Source: Treponemataceae bacterium
GTDB lineage: Bacteria; Spirochaetota; Spirochaetia; Treponematales; Rectinemataceae
Length of the DNA: 64,000 nt
Reading direction: 5' to 3'
Assembly: GCA_963677895.2 (NCBI GenBank)
Contig: CAXXGJ010000025.1
Coordinates: forward strand, 224,001 to 288,000
Positions 49,399 to 58,203 of the stretch are shown piece by piece. Within the stretch, counting starts at the first letter, position 1, and every line of letters begins with the position of its first letter. The position numbers and the translations under genes were made by a program. The notes under the pieces were generated by a model. That model did no database searches and was not told the DNA's origin. It was given only the letters and a program-made list of their open reading frames with translations.

Positions 49399-49484
49399 AC
49401 CGCAACACCTTCCTTTCGCCGGAAATTTATATTGTTTTTACATCTCTTTATTACCTATGAAACATAGACATGCTCATGTTTCAT
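49367..49484 (-). ncRNA. Candidate small RNA (about 120 nt)
   Basis: Orphan minus-strand terminator, 5' hairpin and upstream TTGCAA-N17-AATGAT, lying between two plus-strand genes. Confidence 0.5.
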
Positions 49485-49538
49485 CTATATCATTACCACT
49501 GGCAGCGGTTTTTGCAAGCGAAAATCAATACAAACCTT

Positions 49539-49554
49539 GTAGACAATTGTCTAC
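49539..49554. promoter_or_regulatory. Perfect 16-bp palindromic operator
   Basis: GTAGACAATTGTCTAC; overlaps the putative -35 (TTGTCT-N18-TAATCT) of the LuxR-type gene. Confidence 0.7.
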
Positions 49555-49614
49555 TGCCGATTTTTCGGGTTAATCTGTATGAATGCCGAACGAGCTTTTT
49601 CCAAAAGGGCGACC

Positions 49615-50364
49615 ATGAAAAAGCCGAATGTTGAAAGCCTCTCGCCTCCCTCGCTGTTCCGGAAAACAGGCTTGCTCTTTTCCGGCCTCATCGGGATATA
49701 TCTGCTTTTCCATGCCGCGGTGGCGATACTCGAGAAAAGTCTGCCGAACTCGGTGAGCCCCGGGCAGCCCTTCTTTATCTTCCTGGGCGTCTGCTTCGTT
49801 CTCTTCGTGCTCAGCGCTCTCGAGAAATCGCTGAACTGGCTTCAGCCTGTCATCTTTCTCGTGATGACGCCCCTTCCCATGCTGCAGCACAGCTACTCTA
49901 TGTTCAGTCTGGGGAGCTTCATCGCTGCCGAAATCCTTCTCTATCGCCTCGGCTTTTTCGAGCATAAAAAATTGGCGAAGTTTCTGGTCTCGATAGCGTA
50001 TTTCTATTTCTGCGAAATACTGATAGGCATTTCCTCAGGGGCGCGATTCATGGAAGTCGTGACGCCCATCGCCTACATGACCGCTTTCCTGGCCTTTCTC
50101 ATGATCGTTTACGGGAGCAACTGGATCGTCTACCTCAACACGCCGAAGCCGATTCTTTCCCTCTCGGCCATGAAAGTCACGAAAAAGGAAGCCGAGTACC
50201 TCAAGGCCCTGCTCGCCGGGCGCTCGATCAAGGAAATAGCGATAGACGGCGGCGTCAAGGAATCCACGGTGAGGAACACCCTCGCCCGCGTCTACAGAAA
50301 ATTCGACGTGCAGGACAAGTCGACGCTCATGGCGAAATGCGAAAACTATTCCATATTGGACTGA
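49615..50364 (+). CDS. Membrane-anchored LuxR-type one-component regulator
   Basis: Five to six TM helices then VTKKEAEYL..GRSIKEIA..VKESTVRNTLARVYRKFDV HTH; no receiver domain. Confidence 0.85.
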   Translation: MKKPNVESLSPPSLFRKTGLLFSGLIGIYLLFHAAVAILEKSLPNSVSPGQPFFIFLGVCFVLFVLSALEKSLNWLQPVIFLVMTPLPMLQHSYSMFSLGSFIAAEILLYRLGFFEHKKLAKFLVSIAYFYFCEILIGISSGARFMEVVTPIAYMTAFLAFLMIVYGSNWIVYLNTPKPILSLSAMKVTKKEAEYLKALLAGRSIKEIAIDGGVKESTVRNTLARVYRKFDVQDKSTLMAKCENYSILD

Positions 50365-50429
50365 GAGCGCGCCCTTCCTATTGTATCTTTGGCCAGGATT
50401 CCTTATTTTAATCTCCAACAGAGGTTTAC

Positions 50430-51281
50430 ATGCACAGTTACACCCTCGGTCCCGGCGAACTGGCCGGACAGAATGCCGATACAATCCTGCCGGCTTCGGC
50501 GAAAGCCGCCGACAGTTTCGCCGCCTTATTCACCATCATCGCGAGGCTGCGAGCCCAGGACGGCTGCCCCTGGGATCGCGAGCAGTCGCCTTCATCCATC
50601 CGGAACAATATCGTCGAAGAGGCCTATGAGCTCGTCGAGGCCATCAACGAAAAAGATCCGGCCCATATCCGCGAGGAGTCGGGCGACCTTTTCATGCTCG
50701 CCACCATGGTGGCCTACATGTTCGAGCAGGAAAAAAGCTTTTCGGTAGCCGAGGCTCTGGATTCGGTATCGGAAAAGCTCGTCCGAAGGCATCCCCATGT
50801 CTTCGGCGAGTCCGACGCGGGGACGCCCGAAGCCGTCGTCGAGCAGTGGAACAGGATCAAGGAAACGAAGGAAGGACGCCGCAAGAAGGATTCCCTTCTC
50901 GACGAGGTGCCCCGCCATCTGCCTCCCCTCGAGCGGGCTTTCAAGATACAGAAAAAAGCCTCCAAAGCTGGATTCGACTGGACGCGCCTCGACTCGGTCT
51001 GGGACAAGGTGGAAGAGGAGCTGAAGGAATCCAGGGAAGCCTTCGACGCGAAAGACGCGGAAGAGCTCGAGGCCGAGATCGGCGACCTGCTCTATTCGGT
51101 CATCAACCTCTCGCGCTTCAACGGGATAGACCCGGCCATCGCCCTCCAGCGCACGAACGACAAGTTCGCCCTGCGCTTCAGGCATGTCGAGAAGCGCATG
51201 AAAGAGGAAAACCTGCCCATGGACCGCGAGCATATGGAAAAAATGGACTCGTTCTGGGAAGAAGCGAAGGAAGGACGATGA
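50430..51281 (+). CDS. mazG: Nucleoside triphosphate pyrophosphohydrolase
   Basis: LRAQDGCPWDREQ, EEAYE..EESGDL, KLVRRHPHVF, GFDW, EIGDLL. Confidence 0.96.
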   Translation: MHSYTLGPGELAGQNADTILPASAKAADSFAALFTIIARLRAQDGCPWDREQSPSSIRNNIVEEAYELVEAINEKDPAHIREESGDLFMLATMVAYMFEQEKSFSVAEALDSVSEKLVRRHPHVFGESDAGTPEAVVEQWNRIKETKEGRRKKDSLLDEVPRHLPPLERAFKIQKKASKAGFDWTRLDSVWDKVEEELKESREAFDAKDAEELEAEIGDLLYSVINLSRFNGIDPAIALQRTNDKFALRFRHVEKRMKEENLPMDREHMEKMDSFWEEAKEGR

Positions 51282-51318
51282 TCCGGCAGCCCACGGGGCG
51301 AAGGGAAAGCTCAAGGCC

Positions 51319-52680
51319 ATGAAAGATCTGACGAAAGGCAACGAAACCAAACAGCTCATAGACTTCGCCATCCCCATGCTCCTCGGCAATATATTCCAGC
51401 AGTTCTACAACATGGTAGACAGCTTCGTGGTCGGCCGCTTCCTCGGCACCACGGCGCTGGCCGCGGTGGGCACCTCCTTTCCCATAATTTTCTTCATGAT
51501 AGCCCTGATATTGGGCGTGACGATGGGCTCTTCCGTCCTCATCTCGCAGTTTTTCGGCGCCAAAGACGAAAGCAATCTCAAGAAAGTCATCTCCACCAGC
51601 TATATTTTCCTTTTCGTCGCCGGGCTGGGGCTGACCTTCATCGGCGTCTTCTCGACGGATTTCATCCTCAGGCTTCTCGCCGTGCCCGACGAGATCATGC
51701 CCGAGGCTTCGGCCTACCTGCGGATCACCTTCCTCGGCATGCTCGCCACCTTCGGCTACAACGCCGTGGCGGCCATGCTCAGGGGCCTCGGGGACTCGAA
51801 GACTCCGCTCTATGTCCTCATCGCCTCGACCCTCATCAACGTCGTCCTCGACCTCGTCTTCGTCGTCGTCTTCAAATGGGGCGTGGCCGGCGCGGCCTGG
51901 GCGACCATCATCTCGCAGGCGATCTCGTTCATCGGAGCCCTCGTCATCCTGGACAAGCGGAACCAGTACGCCAGGCTGGATTTCGCTAACCTGAAGTGGG
52001 ACAGGGCGATCTTCGCGCAGATTCTCAGGATCGGCCTGCCCACGGGCATCCAGCAGACCCTGGTTTCCGTCGGCATGATGGTGCTGTCCAGGATCGTCAA
52101 CGAATTCGGCCCCAACGCGATGGCCGCCTACACGGCGGCTTCCCGCATCGATTCCTTCGCCATGATGCCCGCGATGAACCTCGGGCAGGCGGTGACCACC
52201 TTCGCGGGCCAGAATATCGGCGCGGGGAAGACGGAGCGGGTGCGACGCGGGCATCTTTCGGCGATCGCCGTCAACACGGCCATCTCGCTCGCGATGACAC
52301 TCTGCGTAGTCTTGTTCGGCCGCCCACTGATGGGGATTTTTTCGACCGACCCGGCCGTTGTCGCGATAGGAGCCGAGTACCTTCTCATCGTGGGCATTTT
52401 CTACGTGGTCTTCGGCATAATGTTCATCAACAACGGTGTCATGAGAGGGGCGGGCGACGTGTTCATTCCGATGATCAGCAGCCTTCTCGCGCTCTGGATC
52501 GTCAGGGTGCCATGCGCCCTCCTCTTCACGAGGGTATTCCATATGGGCACCGACGGCATCTGGTGGTCCATTCCCGCCGGATGGGCGGTGGGCTTCGTTT
52601 TTTCTTCCTGGTATTATCTTTCGGGACGCTGGAAGAACAAGAGCATCGTGAAACGGCGCCCTCCGATTTCGGAGGAATGA
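51319..52680 (+). CDS. MATE-family efflux transporter
   Basis: PMLLGNIFQQFYNMVD, RGLGDSKTPL, GVAGAAWAT, GQNIGAG. Confidence 0.95.
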   Translation: MKDLTKGNETKQLIDFAIPMLLGNIFQQFYNMVDSFVVGRFLGTTALAAVGTSFPIIFFMIALILGVTMGSSVLISQFFGAKDESNLKKVISTSYIFLFVAGLGLTFIGVFSTDFILRLLAVPDEIMPEASAYLRITFLGMLATFGYNAVAAMLRGLGDSKTPLYVLIASTLINVVLDLVFVVVFKWGVAGAAWATIISQAISFIGALVILDKRNQYARLDFANLKWDRAIFAQILRIGLPTGIQQTLVSVGMMVLSRIVNEFGPNAMAAYTAASRIDSFAMMPAMNLGQAVTTFAGQNIGAGKTERVRRGHLSAIAVNTAISLAMTLCVVLFGRPLMGIFSTDPAVVAIGAEYLLIVGIFYVVFGIMFINNGVMRGAGDVFIPMISSLLALWIVRVPCALLFTRVFHMGTDGIWWSIPAGWAVGFVFSSWYYLSGRWKNKSIVKRRPPISEE

Positions 52681-52738
52681 GACCCGCGAGGGGCCGCGAT
52701 CAATTCCCTCGACGTTCAATACATATTATACTGGATCC

Positions 52739-54964
52739 ATGGCAGCACCTCTGTCGCCTAACCGGCTTAGATCCGCCAGGCATAGCTTCAATATATTCAA
52801 CTTCCTCAATTCATTTTCGTTCGTGTTCGTATCGGGTTCCTTCATTACCCTTTTCGCCATCCGCATGGGAGCGTCCAACGCCACGGTCGGCATTCTGAAC
52901 GCCATCGCCTATTCCACTTTTTTCATGATGCCCATCGGCAAGCGCCTCGTCCACAAAAAACCCATTGTATGGATTTTCGGCTGGGCCTGGGTAGCGCGCT
53001 ATACGGCCCTCGTGCCCATACTTTTCGCGCCGCTCTTCGCCGCGAGGGGACACAGCGGCGCGGCTATCGGCCTCCTCATCGCCGGGGCCGCGGGTTTTTC
53101 CTTCTTCAGGGGCGTGGCTCTCATCGGCAACAACCCCGTCGTGGGCTTCCTCGCTTCCGGCGGCGGCGAGAAACCGCGTTCCGACCGCGGCGAATACATG
53201 GTCTCCAATTCCCTCATCAATTCCCTGGCCAGCATGATAGGCGGCCTCCTCGTCTCTCTCTTTCTCGGCGAGCAGGCCAATCCCTGGGTATACGCGCTGG
53301 GCGTGGGCATAGGCATAGCGACGGGATACGCGGGATGCATCCTGCTCCTCCAGACTCCCGAACCCACCGACTATTCGCCCGAAAAACCCAGCTCGCTCAT
53401 GGAAACAGCCAGGGAAGCCATAAAGGAAGAGCCTTTCCGTCGCTTCATCGTCATCTTCATGGCGCTGGCCTTCGTCTCGGGCATGGGCAGGTCCTTCCTG
53501 CCCGTCTACGCGAAGGAAGTCTTCGCCCAAGGCGACGACGCCGTCATGCTCTACGCGCTCATGGCGAGCATCGGGTCGGTCGTGATGGGGCTCATAAGCA
53601 GGCTGGTCGTCGACAGGCTGGGTTCCAAGCCTCTGTTCATAATCTTTTCCGCCATCGGGCTCTTCAGCTTCATACCGATAGCCATCCTGCCCGGCGGCGC
53701 CGTCATCGCCTCCAGCACGGTCACCGCCCTCTTCCTGGCCTTCGTCCACTTCGTCGCCAACTTCGGTTTCGCCGGGGAGGAAAATTCCGGCCAGACCTAT
53801 TATTTCACCCTCGTTCCCAAGGAAAAAACCCTTGACCTCTCGGTGGTCTATTATTTCGCCTATGGCCTGGGGGGAGCGATCGGCTCCGGGGCGGGCGGTC
53901 TCATTCTGGATGGATTCATCGCGCTCGGCTTGAACGCGGCGGGTTCGTACAGGCTGCTCTACGCCATTCTCTGCGTCATTCTCGTCGTCGCCCTCTTTTC
54001 GATGCAGAAACTGAAGCGTCTGGGATCGAGAAGCGTCAGCCAGTCCCTCGGCGTCATGTTCTCGCCGCGCGACCTGAAGGCTTTCGACCTTCTGGCGAGG
54101 CTGGACCGAAGCGAGAATCCCAACCAGGAGATAAAGCTCATCCAGGAGCTGGGCCATTCCATGTCCATGCTTTCCCAGGACGAACTGATCGACTATCTCC
54201 GTTCGCCGCGCTTCGAAGTGCGGATGGAAGCCCTCCTCGCCTTCGAAACCATGCCGCATCTTTCGCCCAAGGTAATCCGCTCGCTCATGAGGGAAGCGGA
54301 AACGCACACCTTCACGACTTCCTATGTCGCCGCCAGGATATTGGGCAAAAGCCAGAGCCCCGACGCCATACCCGCGCTCCGCAAGGCGATGGAAGCCGAA
54401 GACTACATGCTCCAGGGAACGGCGATGATCGCGCTGGCCAAAATCGGCGATGTCGACTCCATTCCCCTCATCGAATCCATCCTGACGAGGACCCGGAACC
54501 CGCGCGTGAAGATCTCGGCCGTCGTGGCCCTGGAACTGATGCAGTCCAAGGCTTCCCTGCCCGTGCTCGTATCGAGCCTGAGAAGGGACGATCCGCCGGC
54601 CTTCGTCTCCGACGAGATAATACTGGCCATGGCCAGCATCATGGGCATAATGAAGGAATTCTATCCGCTCTACTCTATGTTCACGGAAGATGAGGCCCAG
54701 GGATTGGCCCTGCTCGAATCCACGGCCAGGGACATCATCGTCGACGAAAGGACGATGGAAGAATGGAAGGATGGGGTAACGAGGATTTTCGATCCCGTGG
54801 AACCGGACGGAAGGAAGATCGCCTCATTCATCATACGGACGGGAAACGATCCCCGGACGGAAGTCGTGCTCGGGGAGGCGATGCTGGAAGCTCAGCTATG
54901 CTACAGCGGGGGAAGGTTTCTCGCGGCCGCCTATCCTCTCTTCGTGAAACATAGGGGCCCTTGA
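52739..54964 (+). CDS. MFS-like transporter fused to C-terminal HEAT repeats
   Basis: About 12 TM helices with VDRLGSK motif A; C-terminal VRMEALLAF, AARILG..AIPALRK, ALAKIGD repeats. Confidence 0.8.
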   Translation: MAAPLSPNRLRSARHSFNIFNFLNSFSFVFVSGSFITLFAIRMGASNATVGILNAIAYSTFFMMPIGKRLVHKKPIVWIFGWAWVARYTALVPILFAPLFAARGHSGAAIGLLIAGAAGFSFFRGVALIGNNPVVGFLASGGGEKPRSDRGEYMVSNSLINSLASMIGGLLVSLFLGEQANPWVYALGVGIGIATGYAGCILLLQTPEPTDYSPEKPSSLMETAREAIKEEPFRRFIVIFMALAFVSGMGRSFLPVYAKEVFAQGDDAVMLYALMASIGSVVMGLISRLVVDRLGSKPLFIIFSAIGLFSFIPIAILPGGAVIASSTVTALFLAFVHFVANFGFAGEENSGQTYYFTLVPKEKTLDLSVVYYFAYGLGGAIGSGAGGLILDGFIALGLNAAGSYRLLYAILCVILVVALFSMQKLKRLGSRSVSQSLGVMFSPRDLKAFDLLARLDRSENPNQEIKLIQELGHSMSMLSQDELIDYLRSPRFEVRMEALLAFETMPHLSPKVIRSLMREAETHTFTTSYVAARILGKSQSPDAIPALRKAMEAEDYMLQGTAMIALAKIGDVDSIPLIESILTRTRNPRVKISAVVALELMQSKASLPVLVSSLRRDDPPAFVSDEIILAMASIMGIMKEFYPLYSMFTEDEAQGLALLESTARDIIVDERTMEEWKDGVTRIFDPVEPDGRKIASFIIRTGNDPRTEVVLGEAMLEAQLCYSGGRFLAAAYPLFVKHRGP

Positions 54965-54980
54965 GATCGGATAGGGAAAA

Positions 54981-55274
54981 TCAGGCGAGCTCTATGGCCC
55001 GCTTTTCGGGATCGGGATTCTGTTTGTAGAAAATCGCCGTATTGCCGATGATCCGCACGAGTTCGCTCTTGGTCGAGACGGCCAGATCGGCCGCTATAGT
55101 CTTCTTCTCTTCCTTGAAATCCATGAATTTCACCTTGATGAGCTCGTGCTGCGCGAGGAGCGCGGCAAGTTGCTGGACAAAGGCCGCGGTAGGTCCGCCT
55201 TTGCCGAGATGAGTCACGACCGCGTCCGTGGACGCCATTCCTGCGAGATAGCTTCGTTGCTTGGTGCTTAACAT
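54981..55274 (-). CDS. yhbY: YhbY/CRM-domain RNA-binding protein
   Basis: LSTKQRSYL..LGKGG..HELIKVK..IIGNTAIFYK. Confidence 0.9.
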   Translation of the reverse strand: MLSTKQRSYLAGMASTDAVVTHLGKGGPTAAFVQQLAALLAQHELIKVKFMDFKEEKKTIAADLAVSTKSELVRIIGNTAIFYKQNPDPEKRAIELA

Positions 55275-55289
55275 ATGGGTTCCTCCATG

Positions 55290-55883
55290 TCAGAAAGGCA
55301 GGGAAAGAAGCAGGGAGCCGAAAATCTTCACCAAGGCGCCGCCCGCCGCCCTGAAAAGGATCAGGACAAGGAAGCCGGTGATGAGGCCCTGCAGGTAATC
55401 GATGGCCTTGTTGCGATATATGACTTTATTGATGCGATAGAGTATGGGATTGAGGATGGCGTCCACGACCACCCATACGGGATGGAGACTGTTCCAGCGG
55501 GCGACGAACACGATGATCCTGACGAGGGCGCAGGCGGAAACGAAGGAAAGAACGAAGGAGAGGGCGGACCAGCCGGCGCCGAGGATGAGGCTGAGAAAGA
55601 AGCCAAAGGTGATTTTGCCCGAGAAGGCGATGGTGGTGAACATGTTGTTGGCCACGGAGAGGACGGCCAATGCCGCGATGGGGCTGAAATCGAATCGTTC
55701 CGTCCTGAACAGTTTTATCCCCGAAAACACCCTTAAAAAGGGATCGACGATGGAAGCGAGCAGGTCTCCCGCCCTTCCCATATTCAGGCCGGGCGCCCAG
55801 GCCATGAAGACGCGCAGCGCGCAGAGAAGCATGTACAGGGAGGTAACCGCTCCCAAAATTTTCGCGATGATGCTGAGAAGCAT
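55290..55883 (-). CDS. yggT: YggT-family membrane protein
   Basis: RVFMAW..VDPFL..DFSPIAAL plus a second degenerate YGGT repeat. Confidence 0.85.
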   Translation of the reverse strand: MLLSIIAKILGAVTSLYMLLCALRVFMAWAPGLNMGRAGDLLASIVDPFLRVFSGIKLFRTERFDFSPIAALAVLSVANNMFTTIAFSGKITFGFFLSLILGAGWSALSFVLSFVSACALVRIIVFVARWNSLHPVWVVVDAILNPILYRINKVIYRNKAIDYLQGLITGFLVLILFRAAGGALVKIFGSLLLSLPF

Positions 55884-56048
55884 TGAGCAAGCCTCCGAAA
55901 AAAGTGTCGGCCGCGATCGTTCCGCGCCGCGGGAAAATTCCCGCCCCAGGCGGAAACAGTTTCGTTAAAAGATATACACAATCCCGCATTTGAGCAACTG
56001 TTTCAAAACGCTCCGGAGCATGGTAGAATCGGCCAAGGGAGAGGCTGA

Positions 56049-56846
56049 ATGGAAGGGAACCGCTTCTACATCGGCACATGCGGCTATTCCTACGAAGACT
56101 GGCGCGAACTGTTCTATCCCAAGGACCTGCGCCAGACGGAATTCCTGCGCTTCTACTCCCTCGTGTTTCCCTTCGTCGAACTGGACTTCTCCTGGTACGC
56201 GATGCCCAGGCCAGAGAATCTCGAGGCCATGGCCAGGCAGACCAATCCCGACTTTCTTTTTTCGCTCAAGGCGCACAAAAGCCTGACCCATGAGATCGGC
56301 GAAGAATGGCGGAAGGACGCCGATCAGTTCGCGACGGCGGCGAAGGTCCTGGCATCCCAGGGGAGGCTCGCCTCCATCCTCATACAGCTTCCCTATCGCT
56401 TCTCCTATACGGCTGACAACAGAAGATATCTGGGCGAGCTGTGTTCGGCGCTTTCGGCCTTTCCCCTGGTCGTCGAATTCAGGAATGAGGTCTGGTACCA
56501 GCAAAGAGTTTTCGACGAGCTCGCGAAAAGGAACATAACGCTTGCCATGCTGGACAGGCCCGATCTTCCGGGGCTTCCCCCCGAATCGCAGATTCACACC
56601 TCAAGCATGGCTTATTACCGTCTTCATGGAAGAAATGCCGATCAGTGGTGGAACGGAAACGCCACATCCCGCTACGACTACGACTACTCGGCTCAGGAAC
56701 TCAAGGAAAGGGCCCGTTCGCTCATCGCCATCGCGCAGAAATCGGAACAGGTTTTCGTCGCTTTCAACAATCACGCGAGAGGGAACGCGGTGAAGAACGC
56801 CCGCGCCCTGATCGCCCTCATAAAGGAACTTTTCATTCAGGCATGA
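56049..56846 (+). CDS. DUF72-family protein
   Basis: IGTCGYSYEDW..FYP, VELDFSWY, KAHKSLTH, QLP, EFRN, YYRLHGRN, YDYDYS, FNNH. Confidence 0.93.
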   Translation: MEGNRFYIGTCGYSYEDWRELFYPKDLRQTEFLRFYSLVFPFVELDFSWYAMPRPENLEAMARQTNPDFLFSLKAHKSLTHEIGEEWRKDADQFATAAKVLASQGRLASILIQLPYRFSYTADNRRYLGELCSALSAFPLVVEFRNEVWYQQRVFDELAKRNITLAMLDRPDLPGLPPESQIHTSSMAYYRLHGRNADQWWNGNATSRYDYDYSAQELKERARSLIAIAQKSEQVFVAFNNHARGNAVKNARALIALIKELFIQA

Positions 56847-57231
56847 GCTGGGGTGTGTTCAGGCATTTATCGAAACTTTCGCGCGATCCGAGATTCTCCT
56901 TGCGGAATATCAGGCAGCCTTCCATGCCGAGCACCATGAGGACGACGCGGTCCAGCGCTTCGGAATTCAAGGAAAGGAGGTTCCAGAGACAATCCCTGCC
57001 CCTTTCTTCGGCTATCGTCCTGACGATGAGTTCCAGATAGCCGCCTTCGTGAAGAACGGCGGAGATCCAGCCTGTTTTCTTGACGAATTCGGCGGTGTTC
57101 GTCGCGCCGGAGGCAATCGCCGGATGGGAAGATATCCAGGAGCTGTGGAAACCCGGAATTTTGATGACCCTGCCGTCGGGCAGGATCCACGAAGCCCCAT
57201 GGGCCAGGTCGTAGAGTTTAGTGGGAGCCAT
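56833..57231 (-). CDS. Hypothetical protein
   Basis: 132-aa ORF translationally coupled (TGATG) to the upstream RluA gene; WILPDG..H..W..GWI pattern. Confidence 0.7.
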   Translation of the reverse strand: MAPTKLYDLAHGASWILPDGRVIKIPGFHSSWISSHPAIASGATNTAEFVKKTGWISAVLHEGGYLELIVRTIAEERGRDCLWNLLSLNSEALDRVVLMVLGMEGCLIFRKENLGSRESFDKCLNTPQLMPE

Positions 57232-58001
57232 CAGCGCGCCTCTCTTGTTTTGATATCGGTCATCGGGGAATCATTGGATATGGCAGGAATGTCGGATATG
57301 GCCGGGGCGTCGGATATGACAGGGGCGTCGGGACAGCGCCCGAGAAAATCGGAAAAATGCGGCGGAAGGGAAGAACGCAGCGGCGGGTATCCCGGAATCT
57401 CCAGCCTGCAAGCCCAAAGGAGAAGGCGTTTTACGCCCATCGTTTTTTTCAATTGCCTGTTCAACGAGAAATTGCCATACTTGTCGTCGCCGAGGATGGG
57501 ATGTCCGTGCATGGCCATATGCCGCCTTATCTGATGGGTGCGCCCGCTCCCCAATTCCAGTTCGAGAAGGGAATAGGCGGGCGCCGCGCTTGCCTTGGCA
57601 CCGGGCGTGGCGCCTGCCTCGGCGTCCTGTGTCGAGCCGAATCGGGCCAGGCAGGTATAACGGGTCAGGGCGCTCAGGTTTTTCCCTCCGATGGAGAGGT
57701 CATCGGTATAGCTCCCCCTGTCGCGGGAGGGCGATCCGAAACAGATGGCGCGATAGAATTTGCCGATGCCGCGTTCGCCGAGGAGGATCGACCAGCGCGA
57801 AGCCGCGGAGGCGTTCTTGGCCAGCATCATGCAACCGGCGGTTTCCTTGTCCAGGCGGTGGATGGGAAAGGGGCTGAAACCCAGCTCGCTTTCCACGACG
57901 GAAATCACCGAACTTCCGACGCGTTCGCCCGGCTGCGCCGGCAGTCCGGCAGGTTTGTCGACAATGAGGATTTCGTCGTTCTCGAAAAGGATTGGAATCA
58001 T
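57231..58001 (-). CDS. RluA-family pseudouridine synthase
   Basis: VDKPAGL, HRLDKETAG, SGRTHQIRRH, HPILGDDKYG; start moved to MIPILFEN. Confidence 0.92.
   Translation of the reverse strand: MIPILFENDEILIVDKPAGLPAQPGERVGSSVISVVESELGFSPFPIHRLDKETAGCMMLAKNASAASRWSILLGERGIGKFYRAICFGSPSRDRGSYTDDLSIGGKNLSALTRYTCLARFGSTQDAEAGATPGAKASAAPAYSLLELELGSGRTHQIRRHMAMHGHPILGDDKYGNFSLNRQLKKTMGVKRLLLWACRLEIPGYPPLRSSLPPHFSDFLGRCPDAPVISDAPAISDIPAISNDSPMTDIKTREAR
57276..57329. repeat. In-frame 18-bp x3 tandem repeat in the RluA C-terminal tail
   Basis: ggatatggcaggaatgtc / ggatatggccggggcgtc / ggatatgacaggggcgtc; encodes DAPVIS DAPAIS DIPAIS. Confidence 0.85.
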
Positions 58002-58203
58002 CAACGACAAGCGTACCGGAGATACCGGGCAATTTGCAAGCGTATAACCTATAATTGATGGGGTATTCGGCATGGCTGGGGACAGGAGGAAAGCATGGAG
58101 CACGCGAATAGTATCCATTGAATGGTATTTTGCTTATATTACTATATTATACCGTATTGCGCATTTGATGCAGTTTTGCTACATTTCAAACAAGAGGCTT
58201 ACT

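Noticed and set aside
57276..57329. Short repeats as a CRISPR array
   Set aside because: Contiguous in-frame coding repeats with no spacers and no cas genes.
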